From positions 762 to 64,761 of the forward strand of contig JAUWYR010000008.1 of assembly GCA_030615745.1 (NCBI GenBank): a stretch of 64,000 nucleotides of DNA, written 5' to 3'. This DNA comes from Candidatus Zixiibacteriota bacterium. GTDB taxonomy: Bacteria > Zixibacteria > MSB-5A5 > SM23-73-2. The position numbers and the translations under genes are program-made. Below, piece by piece: positions 50,112-62,020 of the stretch; within the stretch, counting starts at the first letter, position 1, and every line of letters begins with the position of its first letter. The notes beneath the pieces were generated by a model. It saw nothing but the letters and a program-made list of their open reading frames with translations, had not been told where the DNA came from and did no database searches.

Positions 50112-50291
50112 ATCTGCCTACGACCTACTGCCTACTTTCTCCTTTTCTCAAATCTCTTTCTCAACTCTCAACTCACAATCTCGTTTCCCGTTTCTCGTTA
50201 CTCGTTTCCCGTAAACTCTCTACTGCTGTCTGCCTACTGCCTACTGTCTACTGAATACTTTCTTTCTCAAATCTCTTTCTCAAATCTCAAG
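50112..50291. repeat. Heptamer mosaic homologous to 40371-40737
   Basis: Shares CTCAACTCAC(G/A)ATCTCGTTTCCCGTTT...CGTTACTCGTTTCCCGTAAACTCT and CTACTGTCTACTGAATACTT. Confidence 0.85.
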
Positions 50292-50292
50292 T

Positions 50293-50712
50293 CTAAAATA
50301 GCTTTTCCTCTTTCCTTCTTTTAGGAATTTCCTCTTTGAGATATTCGATCGCCTCACTCGTAATTGCACCAGGGGTGAAAAGTTTTCCCACCCCCATCTT
50401 TTCAAGCTTCTCAATATCCTCTTCAGGAATTATCCCACCACCGAAAAGAAGAATGTGCTCAGCTTTTTTCTCCCTTAAAAGATTTAAGACTACTGGAAAA
50501 AGAGTCATATGAGCACCAGATAAGACGCTCATTCCAATAGCATCCACATCCTCCTGGATAGCAGCTTCAGCAATCATCTCTGGTGTTTGTCTGAGACCAG
50601 TATAGATAACTTCAAAACCAGCATCCCTGAAAGCAGAGGCGATAACTTTAATCCCTCTATCATGCCCATCCAACCCCGGCTTAGCCAGCAAAACTCTGAT
50701 TTTACGTTCCAT
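50293..50712 (-). CDS. Acyl-CoA mutase cobalamin-binding small subunit
   Basis: [24 protein letters not shown]. Confidence 0.93.
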   Translation of the reverse strand: MERKIRVLLAKPGLDGHDRGIKVIASAFRDAGFEVIYTGLRQTPEMIAEAAIQEDVDAIGMSVLSGAHMTLFPVVLNLLREKKAEHILLFGGGIIPEEDIEKLEKMGVGKLFTPGAITSEAIEYLKEEIPKRRKEEKLF

Positions 50713-50784
50713 AAAGCCACCTCTTTTACTTCTTTGTTTTCACCTTTGCCCCTTGGATTTCACTTTTACCTCTAAACATAAGCA

Positions 50785-50886
50785 CTAACACCTATTACCT
50801 ACTACCTACCACCTATCACCTACCACCTACGACCTACCACCTAAAACCTATCTTCCTTGCAACCTGCATCTTGCAACTTGAAACTA
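50785..50886. repeat. Two abutting heptamer arrays (CTAnnAC and CTTGCAA families) ending at the mutase stop codon
   Basis: ctaacac ctattac ... ctaaaac, then cttgcaa cctgcat cttgcaa cttgaaa cta. Confidence 0.9.
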
Positions 50887-52548
50887 AAACATCGGAGCCT
50901 CCTGATATTCGCCAAATACCTCTCTTAAAACATCCACGATCTCACCCTCTGTTGCATAGCATCTTACACAATCCAGAATCACCGGCATAGTATTTTCTGT
51001 TCCCGAAGCAGTTTTTTTTAGCTCTTGTAAGCCTCTCTTTACCTTATCGTTATCCCGCGTCTGTTTAACTTTCTTAAGATTTTCAACCTGCTCTCTCTCA
51101 ACTTTCTCATCTATCTTCACAATAGGAATCTCTATTTTTTCACCAGGAATTATAAAATCATTGAGTCCAACAATTATCCTCTCTTTTTTTTCAATCTCCC
51201 TTTGATATCTATATGCGGCATTGGCAATCTCTTTTTGAAAATATCCCTCTTCAATACACTTCAATACTCCTCCTCTTTTCTCTATTTCTTCAAAATAACG
51301 CTCAGCCTCATTTTCCATCTTATTGGTCAGAGTCTCAAGATAATAAGAACCGGCAAGAGGGTCAATAGTATCTGCCACAGCACTCTCATAGGCTATGAGT
51401 TGCTGTGTTCTCAAAGCGATCTGAACAGCTTGCTCAGAGGGTAAAGCCAGGGTCTCATCCATCGAATTGGTGTGGAGGCTCTGAGTCCCTCCTAAAACTG
51501 CAGCTAAGGCTTCAAAAGCTGTTCTCACTATGTTGTTCTCAGGCTGTTGGGCAGTTAAGGTGCATCCTGCGGTCTGGGTGTGAAATCTTAAAAGCCAAGA
51601 TTCCTTCTTTTTAGCCTTATATTTTTCTTTCATATGACGAGCCCATATCCTCCTTGCAGCTCTATATTTAGCTATCTCCTCGAAGAAATCCAGGTGTGAA
51701 TTGAAGAAAAAAGACAATCTTGGAGCAAATGAGTCCACATCCAAACCCGCTTTTATCCCTGCCTCAACATAGGCAAATCCATCTGCCAAGGTGAAAGCTA
51801 ACTCCTGAACAGCGGTGGAGCCAGCTTCCCTGATATGATACCCGGAGATCGATATGGTGTTCCACTTAGGAACATGCTGGGAGCAAAACTCCATAATATC
51901 GGTGATTAACCTAATTGAGGGCTCAGGTGGGAAAATCCACTCCTTTTGAGCAATATATTCTTTTAAAATATCATTCTGTAAAGTTCCGGTGAGTTTCTCC
52001 GATAAAACCCCCTGTTTTTCTCCCACTGCCACATACATAGCTAAAAGGATGGAAGCTGGTGCGTTGATTGTCATAGAGGTTGAGATCCTGTCCAAAGAGA
52101 TTTTAGAAAACATGGTCTCCATATCGTCTAAAGAATCAACCGCAACCCCGCATTTTCCGACCTCACCTTTGGAACGCAGGTGGTCTGAATCATATCCCAT
52201 CAAGGTTGGAAGGTCAAAGGCAACCGAGAGTCCGGTCTGCCCTCTTTCTAAAAGAAAATGGTAACGCGCATTGGTCTGCTTTGGAGTCCCCATTCCTGAA
52301 AACTGACGCATGGTCCAAAGTTTACCCCGATACATATTATGCCTTATCCCTCGTGTATAAGGATACTCTCCAGGAAAGGACAGGTCTTTAAAATAGTCAA
52401 AATCATCTAAATCATCTGGAGTATAAAGAATCTCTACAGGAATTTTTGAGTGGGTCTGATATTTTTTCTCTGGATTTTTATTTTGAACTTTTTCCTCCCA
52501 CCTTTTTTTCTCCTCTCTGATCTTTTTTAAACTTTCTCTTTCAGACAT
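50884..52548 (-). CDS. Acyl-CoA mutase large subunit, isobutyryl-CoA mutase-like
   Basis: WTMRQFSGM (Phe) and KEYIAQKEW (Gln) in place of the MCM Tyr/Arg; start placed at ATG 52548 with GAGGTGA SD. Confidence 0.85.
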   Translation of the reverse strand: MSERESLKKIREEKKRWEEKVQNKNPEKKYQTHSKIPVEILYTPDDLDDFDYFKDLSFPGEYPYTRGIRHNMYRGKLWTMRQFSGMGTPKQTNARYHFLLERGQTGLSVAFDLPTLMGYDSDHLRSKGEVGKCGVAVDSLDDMETMFSKISLDRISTSMTINAPASILLAMYVAVGEKQGVLSEKLTGTLQNDILKEYIAQKEWIFPPEPSIRLITDIMEFCSQHVPKWNTISISGYHIREAGSTAVQELAFTLADGFAYVEAGIKAGLDVDSFAPRLSFFFNSHLDFFEEIAKYRAARRIWARHMKEKYKAKKKESWLLRFHTQTAGCTLTAQQPENNIVRTAFEALAAVLGGTQSLHTNSMDETLALPSEQAVQIALRTQQLIAYESAVADTIDPLAGSYYLETLTNKMENEAERYFEEIEKRGGVLKCIEEGYFQKEIANAAYRYQREIEKKERIIVGLNDFIIPGEKIEIPIVKIDEKVEREQVENLKKVKQTRDNDKVKRGLQELKKTASGTENTMPVILDCVRCYATEGEIVDVLREVFGEYQEAPMF

Positions 52549-52566
52549 ATAAATCACCTCAAAAAT

Positions 52567-53523
52567 TTATATCAGTTTTGCCTCCCTTAAGAACCTCTCG
52601 CTTGCAGAATAAGGATCATCCTTACCAGCCAAAACCTCCTCCACTATATTTTCAATATCAAAGCTTTCTTTAACTTTTTCCTCTGTGATCTCTTTTATCC
52701 TATTTTCAATTAGTTTTTTTATCTCAGATTTTATCTGAGCTTTCCTTTTCTTTTCGAAAATGCCATTATCCTGAATAAATTTTTTATGCTCTTCGATCTT
52801 TTTCCATAATAAATCGATTCCGATATTATGAGTGGCTTGGACAGAAATCACCGGGTATTCCCAGCACTTTCCAAAAGAGTTATCTTTTTTGCGTTTCAAA
52901 TCTAAAAAAGAGTCGAGCTCATAGATCAAGTTTGATGCTCCTTCTCTATCTGCCTTATTAACCACAAATATATCCGCAATCTCCATCAGTCCTGCCTTCA
53001 TCGCCTGAATCGCATCCCCTGACTCAGGCGTAAAGACTACCAGCGTGGTGTCGCAGTTATCAACCACATCCAGATCAACTTGACCCACACCAACAGTCTC
53101 TATTATAATATAATCTTTTCCAAAAGCATCCAAAACTAAAATAACCTCTTTGGTTGTCTTAGCCAAGCCTCCTTTTGAACCTCTTGAAGCCATGCTCCTT
53201 ATGAAAACATCTTTTACCGATGATAAAGCCTGCATTCTTATTCTGTCACCTAAAAGTGCTCCTCCAGTGAAAGGGCTTGTGGGATCAACTGCTATTATTC
53301 CAACTGTCCTATCTTGAGATGAAAGCTTTTGAGCTAATTTATCTGTCAGTGTGCTTTTGCCAGACCCGGGTGGACCAGTCATACCAATACGATAGGCTTT
53401 ACCGGTCATTGGATAGATTCGGCTTAAAAACTTCTCGTAATCTTTTGACTGATTCTCCACATAGGTGATGAACTTAGACAAAGCTACTGGGTCTTTTTTT
53501 TGAAATCTTTCAAAAAGTGTCAT
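52567..53523 (-). CDS. meaB: Mutase-associated GTPase chaperone
   Basis: TGPPGSGKST, AVDPTSPFTGGALLGDRIRM, ETVGVGQ, VNKAD. Confidence 0.93.
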   Translation of the reverse strand: MTLFERFQKKDPVALSKFITYVENQSKDYEKFLSRIYPMTGKAYRIGMTGPPGSGKSTLTDKLAQKLSSQDRTVGIIAVDPTSPFTGGALLGDRIRMQALSSVKDVFIRSMASRGSKGGLAKTTKEVILVLDAFGKDYIIIETVGVGQVDLDVVDNCDTTLVVFTPESGDAIQAMKAGLMEIADIFVVNKADREGASNLIYELDSFLDLKRKKDNSFGKCWEYPVISVQATHNIGIDLLWKKIEEHKKFIQDNGIFEKKRKAQIKSEIKKLIENRIKEITEEKVKESFDIENIVEEVLAGKDDPYSASERFLREAKLI

Positions 53524-55235
53524 ATCTCAGCTATTTTTAAATCTTTTACCCTTAGTTGAAATCTTGTATTCCCATTCCATTCATTTTTCTCTATCATGTA
53601 GACTAAATCGATTTTTATTCTTTTCATCGACAAAGGCTTAACCCAATCTCCCAATCCGAAGCCAATTGCATCGAAGATAGAATCCCCCTTTTTCACCTTT
53701 AATCTGAGATGGTTATTTCCAACAATATAGGGCTCTCCAAAAATCTCTAAATTTTTAGTCAAAAACACAGGACAAAAGTTTTTTGGACCAAAAGGAGAAA
53801 ATAACTCTAAGGAGTCAACAAGATTCTGGTCGATTGAGCTCAATTTAATTTCACAATCGATTGTAAGTTTTGGGATAAAATCATCAAAAGAGAGTCTTTG
53901 GGAGGATATGGCTTTTAACCTTTTTCGAAATAGGTCGATTTTATCTGGTGAGATGGAAAAGCCGGCAGCATATTCATGCCCACCGTATCTTATCAGATAT
54001 TCCTCGCATTCCTTTAGAACGTGGTAGAGAGAAAACCCAGATATAGTCCGGGCTGAGCCTTTGCCTTCATCTTCATCAATAGCTATCATCATACAAGGAC
54101 GATGAAACCTCTCCACAAGACGGGAGGCAACTATGCCAATCACTCCCTGATGCCAAGAAGGGGAGGATAAAACAATTATTTTATCCTTTGAAAGGTCAAC
54201 ATCTTTTTCGATAAGCTCTAAAGCTTCACTAAGTGTCTTCTCATCGATAGTTTTGCGGGTTTTATTATCTTTATCCAATTCCCGGGCAAGTTGGGAAGCT
54301 ATGTTTTCATCCTTGGTGGTCAAAAGCTTTACCGCTTTAGCTGCATCGCCCAATCTTCCAACAGCATTTATACGGGGAGCTAAAATATAGACAATTTGTC
54401 CTGTTCCGATATTTCTTCCTAAAATCCCGGAAATAAAGATAAGCGATTTAAGTCCGGCTTTTGTTGTCCTGGAGATCTGAGCCATTCCGAACTTGGTCAA
54501 TGTTCGATTTTCCTTGGTCAAGGGAACTATATCAGCAGAAGTTCCTAAAGCCACTAAATCGAGGTGTTGTTCTAATTCAGACTCATCCTGTGCTAATCTT
54601 TTGTATAATCCTTGAGCAAACTTGAAAGCAACGCCCACACCGGAGAGCTCACCTCCTGGATATTCTTTTCCTTTTTGTTTTGGATCTATAATGGCGCAGG
54701 CATCAGGTAAAACCTCTGAGGGCTCGTGGTGGTCTGTGATGATGCAATCTATTCCCAAGGAATTAGCAAAATCGACCTCTTTTTTGGCTGTTACTCCACA
54801 GTCAACAGTTATTAGAAGTTTAGCCTTCCTTTTATTAGCCTCCACAATCCCTTCTTCAGAAAGTCCATATCCCTCAACCATTCGATTGGGTAGATAATAG
54901 GAGACATTCCCTCCTAAGCGATTCAAAACCAAAAAGATCAAAGAGACTGCTGTTATCCCATCCACGTCGTAATCTCCGAAAATCATTATCTTTTGGTTCT
55001 CTTTTAAGGCATAAATTACCCGCTCCACTCCCCTGTCCATATCCTTTAAAAGAAAAGGATCAAGAAGGTCAGAAAGAGTTGGCTTCAAAAAGCTTTCTGC
55101 CATCTGGGGGTCAGAAAGCCCTCTGTTAACTAAAATTTTTGCCGCAACCTCTGGCAAATCTATCTCTTTTTTTAGTGCCCAGACTAAAGATGGATCAGGT
55201 TCTGAAAGAATTTTCCAAAAGAATTTATTAGTCAT
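53520..55235 (-). CDS. recJ: Single-stranded DNA-specific exonuclease RecJ
   Basis: FGDYDVDG, TVDCG, TDHH, ADIVPL, PRINAVGRL, GSAR, GGHEYAAG. Confidence 0.95.
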   Translation of the reverse strand: MTNKFFWKILSEPDPSLVWALKKEIDLPEVAAKILVNRGLSDPQMAESFLKPTLSDLLDPFLLKDMDRGVERVIYALKENQKIMIFGDYDVDGITAVSLIFLVLNRLGGNVSYYLPNRMVEGYGLSEEGIVEANKRKAKLLITVDCGVTAKKEVDFANSLGIDCIITDHHEPSEVLPDACAIIDPKQKGKEYPGGELSGVGVAFKFAQGLYKRLAQDESELEQHLDLVALGTSADIVPLTKENRTLTKFGMAQISRTTKAGLKSLIFISGILGRNIGTGQIVYILAPRINAVGRLGDAAKAVKLLTTKDENIASQLARELDKDNKTRKTIDEKTLSEALELIEKDVDLSKDKIIVLSSPSWHQGVIGIVASRLVERFHRPCMMIAIDEDEGKGSARTISGFSLYHVLKECEEYLIRYGGHEYAAGFSISPDKIDLFRKRLKAISSQRLSFDDFIPKLTIDCEIKLSSIDQNLVDSLELFSPFGPKNFCPVFLTKNLEIFGEPYIVGNNHLRLKVKKGDSIFDAIGFGLGDWVKPLSMKRIKIDLVYMIEKNEWNGNTRFQLRVKDLKIAEI

Positions 55236-55251
55236 TGTCAAAATTTAAAAA

Positions 55252-55617
55252 GCCAAAGCAGACCATAAGCCGAGTTCTGTTCACCCACCTAAGGGTTGAC
55301 GATCATCCATCTGGGGTATCCGTTGCCGGATACCTCAAGCGACCTACCCGGAAGTGAAAGCGAAGCAGGCGACTTCTCCTTCCCTATTTGGTCTTGCTCT
55401 CGAGTGGGGTTTGCCCTGCCAGATGTTTCCACCTGACAGAGTGGTCTCTTACACCACTGTTTCACCTTTACCCCCGCATTATGCGGGGGCAGTTTAGTTT
55501 CTGTGGCACTTTCCGTTCCGTAAAGGACCCCCGCGTTACGGGGCACTCTGCCTTTGAGAGCTCGGACTTTCCTCCCCCTGCAAAAAGCAGGGAGCGATCG
55601 TCTGGTCTGCTTTGGCT
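55252..55617 (-). ncRNA. rnpB: RNase P RNA (bacterial type A)
   Basis: GAGGAAAGTCCGAGCT, GAAAGTGCCACAGAAA, GGTGAAAC, AAACCCC, ACAGAACTCGGCTTA; terminal P1 helix GCCAAAGCAGACCA / TGGTCTGCTTTGGC. Confidence 0.97.
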
Positions 55618-55757
55618 TTTTTTCTCCTCCTCCTATTTCTACGAAAGTTAACTCAATTTATCAAGAACATTTTCTCATTGTAACGGACAGGATCTCCTTT
55701 ATCAAAAACTTGCCATGTCCGCCCAGCTGGCAGAAGCAATTGTGCCAAATTCATTAT

Positions 55758-55954
55758 TTAAGTTTCTCCTGTTGTCTTTAATACCTGATTGACTATCTTC
55801 GGATGTAATATTTTCCCTGTATGGAATGGAATGACTATTCTTCTGTTTTCTTTCATATATATTCGATGACTTCCCTTGCTTCTGATCAGTTTAAACCCAG
55901 ACCCAAGCAGGAGCTTCTCAGCTTCTTGGTGGTTAGCCTGGGTAGTTTACGCAC
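55758..55954 (-). pseudogene. hicA: HicA-family toxin with a 1-nt frameshift
   Basis: GTG start MRKLPRLT, then in another frame EAEKLLLGSGFKLIRSKGSHRIYMKENRRIVIPFHTGKILHPKIVNQVLK. Confidence 0.8.
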
Positions 55955-56171
55955 CTTCTACCTCTAAAGATGTGGTCAGTATCTGTTTGCTCAAAAGTTG
56001 CTTCGCCTCGTCCTCTGATAATGTTTCCAAATAGAGCTCGACCGCCTCTTTAATATTGTTCAAAACCTCTTCTAAGGTATCTCCCTGGGTCTGGCATCCC
56101 TCCAGTTCCGGAGAGTATGCATAATATCCGGATTCGTCTTTTTCGATGACAATGCCAACTTTATAAGACAC
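55947..56171 (-). CDS. hicB: HicB-family antitoxin
   Basis: YYAYSPELEGCQTQGDTLEEVLNNIKEAVELYLE. Confidence 0.9.
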   Translation of the reverse strand: MSYKVGIVIEKDESGYYAYSPELEGCQTQGDTLEEVLNNIKEAVELYLETLSEDEAKQLLSKQILTTSLEVEGA

Positions 56172-56219
56172 TATATTTTCCTCCTTTGCTTTCTGGTCAC
56201 ATCTATCAGTAACACATTC

Positions 56220-58405
<2,186 letters not shown>

Positions 58406-58424
58406 TAAACTCTCCTTCTAAAAC

Positions 58425-58458
58425 AAAAAAGTGCACTAAAACTTAGTGCACTAAAAAA
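58425..58458 (-). terminator. Hairpin terminator downstream of the tRNA pair
   Basis: AGTGCACTAA-aac-TTAGTGCACT with a T6 tract following on the minus strand. Confidence 0.55.
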
Positions 58459-58542
58459 CAATTTACAGTGGCAAAAAATTGTTTGTCTTTTTTTACCATT
58501 CTCAAAAAAACTTTTCTCTCAGATGAAAAAGAACATTTTTTC

Positions 58543-58619
58543 TGGTGGGCAATACTGGATTCGAACCAGTGACCTTTCGGATGTGAACCGAACGCTCTAA
58601 CCAACTGAGCTAATCGCCC
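58543..58619 (-). tRNA. tRNA-Val (CAC), CCA encoded
   Basis: GGGCGATTAGCTCAG...TTCGG-TTCACAT-CCGAA...GGTTCGAATCC...GCCCACCA. Confidence 0.95.
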
Positions 58620-58667
58620 ACGTATTCGGTTCACGGTAAACTGTTAACCGTAAACCGTTAACTGACT

Positions 58668-58741
58668 TGGGCCCACCAGGATTCGAACCTGGGACCCACT
58701 GATTATGAGTCAGTTGCTCTAACCAGCTGAGCTATGGGCCC
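58668..58741 (-). tRNA. tRNA with CAT anticodon, probably tRNA-Ile2 (lysidine); CCA not encoded
   Basis: GGGCCCATAGCTCAG...ACTGA-CTCATAA-TCAGT...GGTTCGAATCC...GGGCCCA; the paired G1 and lack of the GGG/CCC anticodon stem exclude initiator tRNA. Confidence 0.9.
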
Positions 58742-58752
58742 ATCTATTTTAT

Positions 58753-58781
58753 ATATTACGATAAAATGTTTTCTTAGTCAA
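58753..58781 (-). promoter_or_regulatory. Sigma70 promoter of the tRNA operon
   Basis: TTGACT-N17-TAATAT just upstream of the first tRNA. Confidence 0.6.
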
Positions 58782-59111
58782 GAAATTTTTACTATATTTT
58801 TTTCAAGAGAACTCTTGATGCATCCCGCCAAAGGCGGGATGCTTTTTAGCTTCGGGAATTCTTCCGCCTTTTGCGGAATCTTGAGACTATTCCCGAAGCA
58901 TCAGGGAAAATTTTATCTTTTTAAACTCCAATGATTCTCTCCCACATCTTTAACGTAACATTTAAAAAGCTATCAAACTATTTTACAAATAAGCACGGAT
59001 GAAATCTATGCCTACAAGCTCAGTTAATAAATCTCTACTATTATTTTTTAGACAGGGGATGGATTACAGAAAAGGGTGAGTTTTTATTTTTAATTTTTAC
59101 TTTTTAATTTT

Positions 59112-60470
59112 TTATTTTTCTTTTAATCCATATTTCTCTATCTTCCGGTAAAGGGTGGATGAATCTATACCCAAAATCTGAGCTGCCTTTGCCTTCTGCC
59201 AGCTGGTCTGATTTAAGACCCAGAAAATATATGCTCTCTCTATTGTCTCTAAGTCAGGAGTATGCGGTTTGTCTTCTGTTATTTTAACCATTTTTTGGTC
59301 GAGGATTTTCTCTGGCAAATCCGAAATCCCTATCAGCTCATCTTTAGCTAAAAGTACCGCCCTCTCAATTGTATTCTCAAGTTCCCTTGCGTTTCCAGGC
59401 CAGGAATAATCTATCAATTTCTTCAAAGCTTCATCTGTAATTTTTTTCTCTTTTTGTCTGAATTTTTTGCAATACTTTTTTATGAAATAAAATGCTAAAA
59501 GCTTGCTATCATCTTTTCTTTTCCTCAAAGGTAGTATGTGGATAGGAAAAACATTTAACCTGTAATAAAGGTCTGCTCTGAAGTTTCCAATTTTTACCTC
59601 CTGTTCCAAATCTGCATTGGTAGCAGCAATCAATCTCACATCCACTTGGATAGGCTTAGTGCTCCCAACAGGAGTTATCTCCTTCTCCTCCAATACCCGT
59701 AAAAGCTTTACCTGAATAGCCCGGGATATCACACCGATTTCATCCAAAAAGAAGGTTCCACCATCTGCAGTTTTAAAAAGTCCCTCTTTATCCTTTATCG
59801 CTCCTGTAAAAGACCCCCTTATATGTCCAAAAAGCTCCGACTCCAGAAGAGATTCAGGTAAAGCGGCACAACTGATGGTGACAAAAGGTTTATCTGATCT
59901 GCGGGAATAATAGTGAATCGCTTTCGCCACAAGCTCCTTACCTGTTCCTGATTCACCCTGAATCAAAACAGTGGAATCAGTCTGTGCCACTTTCTCTGCA
60001 AGCCTTTTCATCTCCAGAATCTCAGGAGAGTTTCCTATGAAGTTATCAAAGGAGAACTCTTTTTTAAGCTGTTTTTTCAAATCAAGATTTTCTCTGGTTA
60101 TCCTTTTTTGCTCCAAAGATTTTTTTATAGTGATTTTCAACTCATCTACTTTAAAGGGCTTGGCTATATAATCGAAAGCGCCTTTTTTCAAAGCCTCAAT
60201 AGCTGTGTCCACTGAGGCATAGGCAGTCATAACTATAAATGATAAATCTCGATCAATTGACTTTACTTTGGACAAAAGCTCAAGTCCATTTAGCTCCGGC
60301 ATCATAAGGTCAGCTATGACAAGGTCAAAATTAGAGTTCTTTATCTTCTCCAAAGCATCCTTACTACTCTGAGTGGAGGTAACTTCATACCCTTCCTTTT
60401 TAAGCATTATCTGCATGAATTTGCACATCGACTCCTCATCATCGATCACAATAATTTTGGCTTTTTCCAT
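59112..60470 (-). CDS. Sigma54-dependent response regulator (NtrC family)
   Basis: Receiver domain; GESGTGKE, ESELFGH, GSFTGA, FLDEI, WPGNAREL, Fis-type HTH. Confidence 0.95.
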   Translation of the reverse strand: MEKAKIIVIDDEESMCKFMQIMLKKEGYEVTSTQSSKDALEKIKNSNFDLVIADLMMPELNGLELLSKVKSIDRDLSFIVMTAYASVDTAIEALKKGAFDYIAKPFKVDELKITIKKSLEQKRITRENLDLKKQLKKEFSFDNFIGNSPEILEMKRLAEKVAQTDSTVLIQGESGTGKELVAKAIHYYSRRSDKPFVTISCAALPESLLESELFGHIRGSFTGAIKDKEGLFKTADGGTFFLDEIGVISRAIQVKLLRVLEEKEITPVGSTKPIQVDVRLIAATNADLEQEVKIGNFRADLYYRLNVFPIHILPLRKRKDDSKLLAFYFIKKYCKKFRQKEKKITDEALKKLIDYSWPGNARELENTIERAVLLAKDELIGISDLPEKILDQKMVKITEDKPHTPDLETIERAYIFWVLNQTSWQKAKAAQILGIDSSTLYRKIEKYGLKEK

Positions 60471-60616
60471 AGGTTTTCTCCCCTTTCATTTAAATTCTAT
60501 CGGCAGAAAAAAAACTAACTTCAGAAATGATACCTTGTCAAGTTCAGAATCTTGACCGACTATATCTCACTGATGTCCGGAGTTTTGATAATGCTAAAAG
60601 GTAATAGAGGATAATT

Positions 60617-62020
60617 TTACGCGATCCTCTCAAGAACAAGTTTCCCCTTTTTCTTTTCTATTCTGGTTGGGTATTTACCTGAAAAGCAGGCAACGCAGAA
60701 ATCCTCCTTGGGCAAAGAGTGCATTGAAAGCATCCCCTCCAAGGAGAGATATTCTAAAGAGTCAACATCAAGATATTTTCTTATCTGTTCAACTGATTTA
60801 TAAGAGGCAATAAGCTCCTTTTTTGTCGGCATATCTATGCCATAAAAACAAGGGCTTATAATTGGTGGAGATGATACTCTAAAATGAACTTCCTTAGCAC
60901 CGGAATTTCTTATCATCTTTATAAGCTTTTTTGAAGTTGTTCCTCTAACTATGGAATCATCTACTATTATCACCCTTTTGCCTTTTAGAACGCCTTTAAC
61001 CGGATTGAATTTAATTTTAGCATCCAAATCCCTTATTTCTTGATCGGGCATGATGAAAGTCCTTCCAATATAATGGTTGCGGATCAAACCGAATTCATAT
61101 TTTATTCCAGACTCCTCAGAGTATCCGAGTGTTGCGGTGTTGCTCGAATCTGGCACAGATACCACTATATCGGCATCCACAGGCTTTTCTTTGGCTAATT
61201 GTCTTCCCAGCCTCCTTCGGATCTTATCCGCATTTTCACCATAGATTTTTGAGTCTGGACGGGAAAAATATATGAACTCGAAGATGCAGAAAGCGTGCTT
61301 TACTTTTTTGAAAGGGTGAAAAGATTTTATCCCCCCTTTATTGATAACCAATATTTCCCCTGGCTCTATGTCTCTTATATATTTAGCACCTATTATATCA
61401 AAAGCACAGGTCTCAGAAGCAACTACCCAGGACTTGTTATATTTGCCAAAAGCCAAGGGTCTGAATCCATAAGGGTCCCTTGCTGCAATTAAAGAATCCT
61501 TGGTTAAAAACACCAGAGAATAAGCTCCTTTTACCAAGGATAAAGAGTGTGCGATCCCATCCTCGATTTTTTTTTCCTTTGATCTGGCGATTAGATGAAG
61601 AATTATCTCTGAATCGTTTGTGGTCTGAAATATTGACCCCTTTTTCTCCAGTTCTTGGTGTAGACTATAACAATTTGTTAAATTTCCATTATGTGCAATA
61701 GCCAATTTTTTACCTTTACAGGTTATCAAAAGTGGCTGGACATTTACTAAAGATGATAAACCTGTGGTGGAATATCTGTTATGCCCGATAGCTATTCGTC
61801 CTTTTAATTTAGATAATGTCTCTTTGCTCTCAAAAATTTCATTGACCTGTCCTAATCCCTTATGCTCACAAATCTTTTCACCATCTGAGGATACAATCCC
61901 AGCTCCCTCCTGCCCTCGATGTTGTAAAGCATAAAGACCTAAATAGGTAAGCTCAGCAGACTTCTTAGCCCCAAAAATTCCGAAAACTCCGCATTGGTCA
62001 TGAATAATTCTTTCTATCAT
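60617..62020 (-). CDS. purF: Amidophosphoribosyltransferase
   Basis: Short propeptide then CGVFG; QHRGQEGAG, HNRYST, VDDSIVRGTTS, PCFYGID. Confidence 0.97.
   Translation of the reverse strand: MIERIIHDQCGVFGIFGAKKSAELTYLGLYALQHRGQEGAGIVSSDGEKICEHKGLGQVNEIFESKETLSKLKGRIAIGHNRYSTTGLSSLVNVQPLLITCKGKKLAIAHNGNLTNCYSLHQELEKKGSIFQTTNDSEIILHLIARSKEKKIEDGIAHSLSLVKGAYSLVFLTKDSLIAARDPYGFRPLAFGKYNKSWVVASETCAFDIIGAKYIRDIEPGEILVINKGGIKSFHPFKKVKHAFCIFEFIYFSRPDSKIYGENADKIRRRLGRQLAKEKPVDADIVVSVPDSSNTATLGYSEESGIKYEFGLIRNHYIGRTFIMPDQEIRDLDAKIKFNPVKGVLKGKRVIIVDDSIVRGTTSKKLIKMIRNSGAKEVHFRVSSPPIISPCFYGIDMPTKKELIASYKSVEQIRKYLDVDSLEYLSLEGMLSMHSLPKEDFCVACFSGKYPTRIEKKKGKLVLERIA

Noticed and set aside
55289..55781. 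ORFs 55289..55546, 55388..55651 and 55554..55781
   Set aside because: They overlap the RNase P RNA gene.
58443..58634. 63-aa minus-strand ORF
   Set aside because: It spans tRNA-Val.
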